Assembly: GCF_000315625.1 (NCBI RefSeq)
Contig: NW_005434665.1
Coordinates: forward strand, 783,741-847,740
From: Guillardia theta CCMP2712
Lineage: Eukaryota; Protista; Cryptophyta
Length of the DNA stretch: 64,000 nt
Reading direction: 5' to 3'
The stretch's first letter is position 1; each line of letters starts with the position of its first letter. A program made the position numbers and the translations under genes. Below, one piece after another: positions 26,782-39,775 of the stretch. The notes beneath the pieces were generated by a model. That model ran no database searches. It was not told the origin of the DNA and saw only the letters and a list, made by a program, of their open reading frames with translations.

Positions 26782-29700
26782 TCACCACCTGCCTCGCCCC
26801 CGTCCTCCCCTGCTGCCATCGTCACATGCCTCGTTCGACAGAACATCCTCCTCCCACCTGAAGGGTCGACCGCGCACGAAGGGGCTGCGAGACATTTGCT
26901 GGACGAAATGGTGAGCAGCTGCATGGATGCCACTACCGCAGCGCCTGTTACCTTCTCCTCCTTCGCGTCCTGAAGAACCTGGTAGAGCGAGTTTGGAACC
27001 TCCTGGTCGGCCTCTTTCAGGACCTGGACATCCACGTCAGCGTCTGCTCTGAGGACCATGCTCACGTCTCTTGCTCGCCTTGATGAGCGCTGGACCCAAG
27101 GTCCCAATAGCCGCGTCATTCCGCGTGAAGAACGAGTAGGCAGTCCCGCTCCGACCAGCTCGTCCTGTCCTTCCAATGCGGTGGACGTAGTCGGATATCT
27201 ACCAACAAGTATGTCAGAGAGGGAGAGAGAAAGTGGTTGACAGAGCATCAGTCAGGGGAAGAGGCGGGGAGGAGAGCAGGAGGAAGAACGAGGGACATAT
27301 GGCAAGAGGCAAGAAGAGACAAGGAGGGACGCAGATTTCTTTCCTCACCTGCCCCGGCATATCATAGTTGACGACCAGCAAGACGTCGTTCACGTCCAGC
27401 CCTCTCGAGGCGACATCAGTCGCTACGAGAATCTGGCAGTCCCCCCGTTTGAACTGGACAAGAATTCAGTTGCTGCTCACAACCTTGTACACTCGCCTGT
27501 CCTAAAACCCAATCTCGCTCCTGCTGATCCTTGTCTCCATGAATTCCTTTCAGGGCTTGAGTCACCGACCGCAAAGAGGAATGAAGGTTGAAGAACAGGG
27601 GCAGAGGTAGAGGAAGGAGCAGGAGCAGGATGGATAAGAGGCAGGAAACGATTGTTACCAAAGGCTCGATAACCGCAGCGACGGAGTTCGAAGACGAGGT
27701 CGTCTGTTGTCCTTTTTGTTGCAGAGAATATCTGAATCTCGTCACGAACCAACACCATAGGAGCATCTACTCACAAGGATTTTTCCATCGGGCATATCCT
27801 TATTGAAGGCCGAAAGGATCCTGACAAGTCGGGGAGGCTTGTCCGCCTCCTCCAGCACCTTGAGCAAAGCAGGGTTCAGGTTGAGAGGTTTGCCATCAGG
27901 AATCAATCACCTCGACGTATTGTAAAACTGTCTTGACAGCTTGCATGCCATGACTGAAGAGAGATGATCAGAAGCTGAAGTAACGAAGCGCATGACAACG
28001 ACGCGAACCTGCCGACGTAAGCAACGAGGTGCTTTGGATGCAAAAAATCTTGCGCCATTGCCTGTGGGATTCCAAATTTATCGAATATCAAAGGCACCCA
28101 TGGTAACAAACCTGCACTTCAGTTGGCCATGTCGCTGTGAACATCAGAGTCTGCCGGTCGGGCCGGATCTGACTGACGATGGAGCGGATCTTGGAGGAGG
28201 ACATGAGATAGGGACAGCAAAGAGGTTCAAGCTCGAGGAACCTGAGGCTCGAATCCCATATCCAACATCCTGTCTGCTTCATCCAAGACAAGGTATGTTA
28301 CCCTGCACTATTCGATCAAAAACCTCTCCTCCACTCTTCTCCACTCTTCTCCTTCACCGTCTCAGATTTGTCGTTCCGGTTTCAAGGAAATCTATGAGGC
28401 GCCCAGGGGTTCCAACACAGATGTCGATTCCTGCAGGAATACATCAGCATCGCTCGATCCAGATCATGACCTGCAAGTAGGAGGGAGGGAAAGTCCAACG
28501 CTCCTCCTTCTGTCTGTATCCTCACCTCGTCTCAGCGACCCTGCCTGCGGTCCCTTCGGCGCTCCTCCAAACACTGCTCCAGTCCATGATGAGAGAAAGA
28601 TATCAACTTCCCCCTCTCTTTCACCGCAAGTACTCCGAAGCCTCGAGCTCCTTCCAAACTTGTAAGCAACATCCTGTTACGAGCTTGTCAGGCGCAACTG
28701 TTATACTGGCGAGAAAAAGTCCTGCACCTGGATCTGTTGAGCCAACTCGCGCGTGGGAGCCAAGACGAGTACAATGGGTCCATCCCCTGGTCGCAGGGCC
28801 GGCTGCCAGCAGATATCACAAGAAGACTGACAAGCATTTGCACACCGACCTGTGCGTTAACGTGTACGATTGCTGGAAGCAAAAAAGAGAGAGTCTTTCC
28901 AGATCCTGCATTTGAGCGTCAGGCAAAAGCAAACAGGTGATTGAAAAAACGACAGAAGCAAAACAAGACCACTGCGAAGATATACACATTATGGGCAATT
29001 GACATCGAAGTCACAGCATACTGCTCTAATCAAACCTGTTTCAGCAATGCAGACACCATCCCTGCCGGACAATGCAATCGGCCTACAAAAAAGGTTGAAA
29101 TAAGTGGGAATAGGATCATGTGCATGGATATGAATGGGGCTTGGAAAGTTCGGAAAGTGGGGGCATGACACGAAGCAAGGAAAGCCAGAGGGATGGCAAA
29201 TAAGCATGGGGAAACAGGAGTGAAGGTAACGAGAAAGGGGCAATACAAACCATCCGATCGACTGAACTGGTGTGGGCTCTACGAAGCCTTCTTGTGCTAT
29301 CTGAGTCAACACATACTGTGGGAACCCCCCCTGTCGAGCAGTCAGGTACGGAAATGTTCCACCTACCCCTACTTGCTCGAAGGTCAAGATAGGCCGTGGT
29401 GCATCCTCCCCCTGCACGAGACGTCAGCCATCGCCAAAAGCTGCAGGTTGCAAACAGACCTCCATCCTGATTTCGAGACGCTCTGTGATGCTTTGAACCT
29501 CCTCCTGTCGTGTCACAAGTCAAGATTTTCCTAGCTTGAGTTGCGGCAGCACTCAAACCGGACTCAATGCAGCAACTTGGGGATGTTCCTTGTAGAAGTT
29601 CTTCTGGAACACGGGAAGGTCCCATTTCTTCCAATCCTGCGTCAGGCATTGCACTGAGCCTGAGAATATGAATGATCGAAGAATACCTCCTTTGAGATGT

Positions 29701-30128
29701 CTTTCAGATTCCTGCCTAAATCTTGGGACTTATACTAAAACAAACCAGTCATCACATGCAGTACAAACAAAAAGCAACACTGACTGGCTGATTGTTCGCT
29801 TGCTCATATTGATAGTCTGGAACTGTCACAAATCGTATGAGAACTGGCCAGCAGCAGCAGGACGGATTTTACATTCGGAGCTTTCATGCCTATTGCCTCC
29901 ACGTAGATACGGAGGTTGATATGAACCTGCACATCTCATGATGATGAACACACAAGAAGCATCAACAACGTACCAGAGAAGCCGTTAGTGTTGGAAGTTT
30001 CAGCCTGTCGAATTCAAAAATCATCGGATGCCTATGTCCACAACACTCTTCATTACCAGCGCGATGTAGAGACAGAGAGATTGGGCGATGACAACCCCCC
30101 ATGCATTGATGACAACTTTCGCTTTCAT
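26782..30128 (-). CDS. DBP2: DEAD-box RNA helicase, DBP2/DDX5 (p68) family; very intron-rich, 5' end uncertain
   Basis: [87 protein letters not shown]. Confidence 0.9.
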
Positions 30129-31364
30129 CTTGAATACAAGCCTGTGGTTGATTTGGGTAAGCCCAGACAGCAGAAACTGGATACAAGTGTACCCTGAGGA
30201 CAATTCGATCCCTTCAGTCAATCACAAGTCTATCGTGTCAGAAGCAGAAGTCTATCGTGCGATTCAGCGTCGACATAAAGCTATCATCATGCTTGTATTA
30301 GTAGTTGTGCCAACATGATTCAAATAAAATCTGGTAATCGGTTCCTTGTTCTGGTGTGTAAGAAGAATGAGATGTACTTATGTCTCTAAAACTTCGGGAG
30401 AGGTGCACACGTGGCAACGAAAAAACTGATCCGACACAAGAGGGTTCCTGCTGCCATCACGCACATACAGCGGGATAGCGCTCTCAGAGCAGATCAGACA
30501 TGTGACAAGAATCGATAGGCGACCAGCAGGAGCAGGAATGGCGTCGATCAAACTTATAACCCTTACGACAGGGGTGCGGCTCGAGGCGCAAAGGCAGAAC
30601 AAAAGGATGTTGGATTGATAGAGCAAGATGAGCAGTTAGAAGGGAGGCAAGAACGATTCATCTCTCTAGGTAAAGGTGAAGGAGGAGTTCTGATGGGGTT
30701 TGTTAGGAATAGAGCAGGCAGACGGATGGAGGTAGTGGACGTAGCAAGGGAAGGGAAGGGCAGCAATACGAACTGAAGCAGCATGCGTATGAAGTAAAGA
30801 CGAAGTGAGGGGCCGGACAAGGAGGAGGAGCAGGGATGGAGAGATGGAGGAGGAGGACATGAAAGAACGGAGCGGGGAGCGCGACAGCATGGCTGGGGCA
30901 TGTGCAGGGTTGCAAGTCCAATTTCCCTGCATGGCGCTCAGGCAGCCCGAGGTCTGCCACCTAAACTACCACTCATGGCCTAAGCTACCACTTATGCCAT
31001 CCAACTTGGGTACCACTTGCCATCTAAGCTACCACACACAAAGTTGGCCGGGCACCGTGGCACCCGGCGGAGGTTTTTCAGTTCCGAGAGCGGCCGGGCC
31101 GGGCCGGGCGGTGGCGTTACCGTAGTCACATGATACCTCAGGAGGGCCGACCGCGGTGAGCCCGGGCGTAACATGACGGCATTCAATGATTACAGTGAAG
31201 TCATACGAGTTACTCGCTGGTTTCCGAGTTGAAGTCAGTAAGTTGAATCATTTGATAATTGAAAGAATAACTGCAGTGTTCACAAATCATGAAAAGAATA
31301 CGTGTGACTGATGAATACGGCAACGCCCTGCACTGTCCCAACGGGCCCCCGGGCGCGGCTGAAA

Positions 31365-33167
31365 TCATGCTGAATGCTTGTTCTCGTCATCAGTGGATTC
31401 CCAGGTAAAGAACAGAGGAGGAGCTTCTTCATACGGATCAATCTGTCGTGTATATGAGACCTGCCATGGAACAGAGAGGTCAGCTAGTTCCTCGATCTAC
31501 GTGCAGTACAGCAAGCCTTACCAATGGTCTTCCTAAGGTCTCTCTGTTGAAGTAGACAGCAGCCAACAACCCCCCGAGTGCGAACAGTCCCAGCCCGATG
31601 TAGACTGAGAGGAGAGACACGTGGAAGCACGCTGTGAGAACAACCTACACCATCACCACGTCACCTTCCTCCGAGGCGTCAAACCACAGACAAACAGACA
31701 TACCGGTGCTATCATGGCTGCAATCCTCCCAAAGCTGTTGCAAATTGCCACTGCCACACCTCGGTGGGTGGTAGGAAACAGCTCCCCAGCAAACACATAG
31801 ATGAGAGTGAAGGGTCCCTCTATGATGCCTTTGATCGACGAATTCAGCGCAATGAACTGAGATAGGTTTGTGCAGAATGGAACCAGGCAGACAGCCACGA
31901 AGCACAAGAAAAATCCGATGATCATGGTACCCCTCCTGCCAATTCCGTTCATGTCCATCAGAATCATAGCCACAACGACCGCGAAGAGCTCGACGCCGAT
32001 GCTAATCAAGACTGTGCTGTAAGCTTCTTTGATCTCCATCCCATACTCGTCTTCAAGGATGATGGGGTATATGAAGATGTGCCCATAATAAATGAACCCG
32101 CAGACTATCCATGCAACCGTGCAAAACAAAGAAGTGGACAGCAATCTCCTCCCAAAAATCTCTCCGATGGAGAAGTCGTCGACACTCAACATGAGCCCCC
32201 AATGCCCCTTCGTGCTCGGAGTGGGCGAAGGTGGCGGCGCTTCTTCAGGTAACGACACCCTCCCTTCGGCGAGCGGATGCACTCCATTCCACTCGCAGAG
32301 CTGGACCATCAGTCGCTGGACCTCTTCATCCTTCCCCTGGACCAACAGCCAATGAGGCGACTCAGGCAGGAAGAGCAAGATAAGCGGCAGAGAAACCAGT
32401 CCGGGAAGCACGCATACTGCCAACATGTATCTCCACCACGAATGATCATCGAATGAGTCATGCATAGTAATCCCAACCACACAGGCGAAGGCTGCTCCAA
32501 CGGCAAATGCGAGGCCCGTCAGAGACATGGCTAGCCGGGCTCTCCATTCCTTTGGCGACCATTCCAGCAAATGACTATCAGATACTGGGACCATGGATCC
32601 AACACCCACTCCTGTGAAGAAACGAGAAATGGCAAATACCCATATGTTGGTTGCTAGGGCAGAGAGGATACCAAAGACACAGAAAAGCACAGAGATGGAT
32701 ATCATCGTCGTTCTCCTCCCGTATCTATCTGCTAAGTAACCTCCGATGAGATTTCCGAGCAAGAGGCCAGCAAAAACAGTCGATCCGACAGATGAAAATT
32801 CGTAATCATTCAGCTGCCATTCTGTGAGACATGAATTAGCCGTGTGCTTCCTTCTCAATCAGGGAGGCGACTTTACCCTTCTGAAGAGGCTTCCGAAGCA
32901 AGCTTATCACGGTCATCTCCATGCCGTCAGCCGCCACCATCAACGATGCAATCAAGAATATGCACAACTACAACCTGATCAATTGGACGCATTCACAAGT
33001 GCACAGTTCTGTACCTGGAACATCCCGACGCCCGCATGCTCCAGATGCTCCTCGAGGCTCGGCGATCTTTCCTACGGAAGGGTCATGGGATCAAAGATTC
33101 TGTTAAGTGTGGGACTGACATGATTTGTCCGATCTGTCACGCTCCCGGAATTCCTTTCTGTAGACAT
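31365..33167 (-). CDS. MFS transporter, SV2/SVOP-like
   Basis: GYLADRYGRR, RFFTGVGVG, LPESPHWL, GIGRRGTM, GELFPTTHRG, ETLGRPL; about 12 hydrophobic segments. Confidence 0.9.
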
Positions 33168-34217
33168 CCTCTTCCGATCCACGAAACAACCTCGAGGAGT
33201 TTCAGTGTGTTATAATGCCTGGTAATGCCTTCGGTTATTCAGCAGTCTCGGACGTCTGGTGGATCTTCTGAGAAGATCGAGTCAGTCAGAAAATCAAAAA
33301 CGATAATTTTCAAGCGCAAAGTTGTGTTCTAACAGAAGTTTGAAATGTTCAGCCGAGCGTTCACGTTCCGTATCTCGAGCAGACGAGGGAAAGCAAATCA
33401 TCTAGAACAAATTCCTACAAGCGGATGCTAGAAGTAGCAATTCAGAGAACATGATAGACAATAAACGGGTGGCAGGAAAGGAGAAAGTTCGGTTGTAATC
33501 GATCAAAAGCATGTGATTACGGTGTGGAGGAAATCCGCAGACAACAAGATCGCAAATAGAGCTATCACAGCAGGACACACAAGGGGAGACCAACATAGTC
33601 TTCGAAGAAACTTGAAGAGGAAGGAGGGGAAAGAAGGATGGGGGGGAGAGGAGGGTAAAGCCACAGAGTTTCGCTCCTCTCTATGCGCATTACGTACGGT
33701 GAAAAGCCGCCCGGTGGTCACTACTCTAAACATCGGAGGAGGGGTACTGTGTACCGATAGGGGTTCGCCATAGGGGCAGGATGGGGGTGGAAGAGTTTGC
33801 ATCAGGGTACTCAGGGAGAGAGGAGTAGGGGTAGTCAATCCAACGTGAGGAGAGGTCACGGAAATAGACTCTCAGTGGCACGGTCCGATTCCGAACTGCC
33901 GCACTGGGCCGTCCCGGCGGAGCCCCGGGCTCTGAGTCTCTACTGACGGTAGTTCAACTGCCAACGGTTCTCGGACTCCCGGCCCGGACCCCGGGCCCGG
34001 GCTAGCCGGGCGTCACTGTGCTGGCAGCACGCGGCGCGGCCGGACAGCCTGGTGGGTAAGGCGAGGCTTCAAGTACTGAGTCAATCATTCTTGTCCATCA
34101 CAGTCAGTAGCTAAAGTTTAACTTTTTTAATTGAAACACGTGACTCGGATGCGGCAGCGGCGATCTTCTGAGTCTCCGACTCGTACGCTCCGGGAAAGAA
34201 CACCGTCACCAATGCCG

Positions 34218-35879
34218 TTACTTCAGCTCGTCAAAACTTAAAATCCGAACACCCGGCTCTCGGCACATCATTTGTTCGTTAGCATTCTCCATTCTCCCGC
34301 ATATTCTCCTGTGTAACAAGATCAATGTCTCGCAAATCACGAACCTCGAAAGTCCACCTCCCAAAAAGCTTGGAAGTACGTTTCTGTCAACCAGTTCCAA
34401 ACAAACCTGGAGGAGCAGACAGGGAGGAAGAGAGAGGAGCAGGCGGACGAGGAGGAAAGAAATCAAAAGGATCAGACCACAGGTGGACTCTCATCGAATC
34501 AAACCTCCTTGCTCTTGGATGAATTCGACGTCACTGAGACTTTCTCAGCGGTCCGTGCTGGTATGAAAGGATGCACCAGCTTCCATATTGCAGTAAAAAA
34601 CATTGGCGCGTTCACCACACAGACCTAGAAGTAGTCAGATGCGTTGTCGAAGAGAGATCGATTGTTTCAAGTGCATCGAAGGCTATTTCACTCACTTTGT
34701 GGAAGCATTCCGGATAGCACTCCATGATTTCAACCCCGAGTCGATGCCTTCTTGCCGTGACGTTGCTCTGCCACTTTCGGATCCACATTACTTGCTTCAT
34801 GCTGCAGCTTGTCAAGTCCATTCTAGAATTCGTTGTCAGGCAACCGTCAGGATGTTGATGTAAAGAATCTGTAAGCAACAGAGAGATAAGACGAACTTAC
34901 ATTTTGACGTATCCCGGAATCCTCCCTGTCTGGAGAAAGATATTGTCCTAGAAACAAGGCTCAGAATGAGGGATTTACCTTCAATGCAAAGACCAACCAG
35001 CAGGAAGAAATGATACTCCAGGTTGTGCATGAGATATCTGTCCGATACTTCAGGCGGAATGTTCACCAAACCCTGCCGATCAGTTATTCAACTTTCAACA
35101 ACGAATCAAACAAAAGCAAATGCAATATTCAACATCAGATTACACATCACGGCGAAATCAAATCGGACACTGCAAGACCTGAAAGTCGAATTTGGGTGTC
35201 TGCTCGATGTTGATAGGGCTATCATTTCAAATCAGCGCAGATTCTGTAAAATGTATCCGCAAAGTTCACCTGCCATTCTTACTCCTTCCACTGACAAGAT
35301 CGAAGGTGCATTGATAACATCTGTTCACAAGTATGTCAATTCTAAAACCCTGGCAGACAGTAAGCCGCACAAGTGATGTTCATGGTAGCCGGGGAACTGA
35401 TTTGGCTTCATGCCCTCCAAGAGCTGATTTCTGCTTAAAAGATCAACAACAGATGCGACTTGCGGCTAACTTCAAGAAATACCTGATATTATCAAGACCG
35501 TACTCTTTCCTGTACTTCATCATGTTCCTGTACTTTTCTCCTGAGCAGAAATCAATTTGATATTGAGGCAAACTTCTTGGGTCAATACCAGCTGTCTTGA
35601 TGTCCCATTTGAAACCGATGAGAAATCTTACTAGCCAGATGTCGCGAAGTGGTCCCTTAACAGAAAGCATCACAATTTAGTGATGTGTTTGGCATTGTAA
35701 TCCCACCTGTCCAACCATGGACATGCTCATGCAATCCTGTACCTCTTGAAGCATACTCTGAAACTAATGAGAAAAGTCAGGACAGAGTCCGTTCAACAAA
35801 ATGGGCGAATTCAAGACATGTTATTACAACAAACCTTCGCTGAGTGTTCCTTGACGATGTCGGATACGAGATCGCCCAT
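34218..35879 (-). CDS. CRAL-TRIO (Sec14-like) lipid-binding protein
   Basis: DIWLVRFLIGFKWDI, CYPE, VVNAPMFFTAIWKLVHPFIPARTAEKV and LPSFLGG, read across small exons. Confidence 0.82.
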
Positions 35880-37231
35880 GTTGCGGAGGTTAAACGAAAC
35901 TCCACCTCAAGATTCAGTGCAGTTCGCGAGAGACTTGGAAACAGAAAGGGAATTACTTCTCAGAAAGAAGTAACTTCTACCAACTCATGTCCTTTTTTCC
36001 GTTGTGTGCGTTGGATTGTCCTTATTGACTACCCTAGTTGTGCTGATCTTCCCATATTGAGGGAATACACCTCTCAAGACGAGCAGAAATGATGTACAAG
36101 AGCATGGCAAATACTATCTGCTCTATCATTCCATCCCATGCAAACCTAACACTACTATCTTCAACTACCAGCAATATCGTGTTTGTGATACCCAACAAAT
36201 CCGCACAACTGACTCCTCCCCCCGAACATCATCTCGAGCACTCTACCTACTTGCACTGGCGCTCGTCTTCCTCATCCCCTGTCGTATCCTTCTTCTGTCC
36301 TGACATTTGCCTTTCTTGTTTTCTTCCTCTCCTCTTGCTCCTGACAGTATGTGCATTTCCTTGTTCCTTAGTTTCCCCATGTTATTTGATGACCTTCCCC
36401 GTGATTTTTACAATGACCCACCTCTATAAAGCGAATCCACCACCCCTTTCCTTGAGTAACCCCCACAACTCAAGAGTCGTTGCTTTTCCAGGGGGTGGTT
36501 GAATTCAGTACCGGTGATTTACTGAACAAAAAGTCTATTTGATTGTAGGTGGTAAGGATACAAGTACCCACCCAGGAGAGTGAAATTCCATCGTACCCCT
36601 CGCTCAATGACTGCAGGAACACCCATGCTTCAGAATTTATCTTCTAAATTTCAAAGTTCTGTATGAAATGTACAAAATTCCCCTCAACCATTGTGAACCC
36701 CATCGATATAAAATGCTTTGGTGAGGAGCACTTGTAGTACCATAAACATATATATTGTTTTATATTTGTATCAAATCTATTCTATATGACTTGTATGAAT
36801 ACAATCAATATTGTCATTAACCAATACGAATTTAAGTCAAGTGCCACCGTACGCCGAGAGCAGTTTTTAGCCTCGGTTCAGTTCATTTCAGTCCAAACTT
36901 GGGCCGGGGGCTCGGAGCGGGCCCGGGCGGCCACGTGTCATTGAAGCCACCGCCGCGCCCGGGCCACCGTCAGCGGCCCCGCCCGGCTCTGGATCAATCT
37001 CACTCTACAGTGTCGAACTGGTGACTCCGAGTCGTCACGACCATCCGATGATGGCAGTGAGTTTCAAGTCTGAGCCCTGGCAGTCGGGACGCTGAGCCTC
37101 CGCGGCTTTACCAGTATACTTGAACAAAAAATTCCGACAGCAACACGCCCGTGCGCCCAGCAAGTCAGAAAGTTTGACGAACAGCCTTATGCCTGCTCAG
37201 TGGTGCCGGATGGAAGGCTGATTGATCCGCA

Positions 37232-37915
37232 TCATTTGCCTGTGCGAGCCAGTTGGCTGCTTCCTGTCTTGTTCTTTGATCCAGTAGAGAGGTAGTTGTG
37301 CTGGGATCGAGGCACATTCGTGCGAGTCAACTTGGCGATGTTGGAGTTGGTGTGCTGAGTCATCTTGTGACAGGTGCGAACCTGAAGAACGTGAGGTCGG
37401 ATCATGGCAGAAACACATGGACGCCTCCCCGTACCGAGTCCTGCATGGTTTGTATGGAATCATTCAGCGCCTGCTGCATCGTGTCTCTCTCTCTCTGCTC
37501 GACTCGTCAGTTCTCGTTCTCAAAACATTCAGGAGGATGTGCAGACCTTGCAGTTGGCCTGATGTACTTTGATCAAGTCGACTTTCGCTTGTTTCTCCGC
37601 CAGCTCTCCTTCGATTCTTGCAACCTCTGCTACATCAGCTTCTATCTGATCTCCACAATTTTTCCTTCGCTGCCGAAGAAACGCTATGAGGCTGTCCAGC
37701 CCCGTCATTGCTATCTTGGCGACATCCAGCGCCTGCGCCTTCTGCTTCAAAGAGGGGCTAACGAGTCGATTGAAGGATTCCCTGTCGTAGGGCACATACT
37801 CGTTGAGGAGATTCGTCAACGAGTCTTTCTTTGGAACAGCTTGCTTGTCTTCATACCCGAACTCGTTCTGAGGTTTCTTCGCGCCTTTCGTTGCTGGGCT
37901 CCTTTGGGCGGCCAT
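37232..37915 (-). CDS. Hypothetical coiled-coil protein (3 exons)
   Basis: MAAQRSPATK... open frame joined by two GT-AG introns to a stop at 37232; heptad-like central region. Confidence 0.6.
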
Positions 37916-38742
37916 GTCTGCAGATACAGTAAGAGCAGGAAACGAAATTGACGACAAGAAAAAAGCCAGGCTGCAGAATGCTAGGATATAAGAAAGATAA
38001 AGAATTTGCGATGAGGTCGAAGTTGGAGGAGGCCAAGGAGGTCTTAGCAAGGCAAGTAGATGGCAAGAAAGGGTGAGAAATAAGTGCTGCATGAAATGGA
38101 CAACTGGAACGAAATGAGGAGGAAGGCGGCGCGAGGACAACAATATGTTGCGATGAGGTTGCAGGACTGAGGAGAGGGAACAGACAAGGCGTGCGGTGCT
38201 GATGGAGGTGTGTGGGCGGCTGTGACTCATGCGAGCAGCGAGCAACAGCAGCTGTGGGGCGGCGGCAGCATGGTTTGAAGGGTGAGGAGGGCCTAACAGA
38301 ATTACTCAACAACAGCAACGGATGTGGATGGGGAGGTTTGCGATGAGGGCAGACGGTCTTGGTAGCCAGAGCTCCCGTGAGACAGGGAGGAAGGGAGAGG
38401 GAGGGAGGGAGGGAGAGGGAGGGAGGAAGGGAGGGAGGGAGGGAGAGCTGCAGGAGTAAGGTTAGATGTGAGGGGAGATGATACAAGACGGAAGCTGTCG
38501 AGACAAGCTCGGATAGACGGAGGGGGATCGGAGAGAGAGCGCTGCAAGAAGTATCAGGCCATTGGGAGTAGCTTACACATCCAGAGGAAGTGCGCTCACA
38601 TTGATATCGCAGATGATCAACCCTCAGACTCGTCGAGCAGAGAAAAGAAATGATCGGACGGTGATATGGTTGTGTCTATGAACCCAACAGAAGAGTAGCT
38701 CAGGACGGCACCTCTCGTTCTGTTGTCATCGAGTCCCTCCTA

Positions 38743-39562
38743 ATGAAGTCACGAGGAGTTTGCGTTCTTGTTCTGCTAATCGCCACATGGATAGCGTCAG
38801 TGTGCTGCTCTTGTTGGCAGCCTACAAGAATCGTGCAGGCGATGTGCTCTTCTGCTGAGAACAACACTTTTCCCACGTATCAACTGCTTCAGCAGCAGTA
38901 CTCGGGGGCGAGACGATTGCTGTGGCAAGGAGGAGGACCCGCAAGTGAAGACGTGAGATGTTTCCCCCTCAAGCTCTTGCTCATGAGATGCTTCAGATTC
39001 CAGATCACATCCTATCAGAACAAGCAAGATTTCGTGGAGACGGTGGGACCATTCTCACCTACAAGGGGCAAAGCATACCTCAACGTAAGGAAGCATGTAT
39101 CCTTGCGTTCTTGGTTCACTGTGATTCATATCAGCCGGATCACCTGACTGGGACCTGATCTTTGCAACTGAAATTCAGCTGAGGTTTATGCGATTCAATG
39201 AGGTGGGGCAATGTCACCTCTTACTGGTCTTGAACAAGAATGTGAATTTCTGCAGGGACAAGCGGCGCAAGGGCATACAACCATTTACGGGTATGAGGAT
39301 ATGTGGTTTCAAAATCTGTGAGATGTCTTTCAGTAAATGAGACAACAGATATTGCTGAGAAGTGTTGAACAGGTTGAAGTGTACGAGTAATCCCGAAGAA
39401 CAAGTCTGCGATTACTGCGGGATGTCGTGTGACGACACGACGTGGCAGAGCAGCGGATATTCTCTCTTGAACGGAACGGAACTTGTGATAGACAATCTGA
39501 TCTGGAGTGAGAGCTTACACGTGCGTTGGACGATCTTGACTGGATTTTGCAGTGACGCATAA
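38743..39562 (+). CDS. Hypothetical secreted Cys-containing protein
   Basis: Signal-like MKSRGVCVLVLLIATWIA, an RRLL motif, several short exons, and a Cys-rich last exon ending GFCSDA. Confidence 0.55.
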
Positions 39563-39775
39563 CGTCTACATCTCTCAGACAACGATTTTGCCGTACAGTT
39601 TTTGCACGCAATACGATTGGTGGATTTGCGCAAGACGTCTGCCCACCAATGTGATGGCATGATTTCCTAAATGTTGATGGCTAATCATCCTGTTTTACAG
39701 TTTGACAGCATAGGTTGAAAGATGGCAAGCGTGTACTCCAACCCGACTCTTATTCCTTGATGAATGAAACTCAAC

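Noticed and set aside
29700-29760. Possible C/D snoRNA (GTGATGA...CTGA) inside DBP2
   Set aside because: The CTGA lies in a coding exon ([16 protein letters not shown]), the spacing is short, and there is no terminal stem.
30950-31045. CRISPR-like repeat-spacer array
   Set aside because: Units are short and degenerate, the context is eukaryotic, and there are no cas genes.
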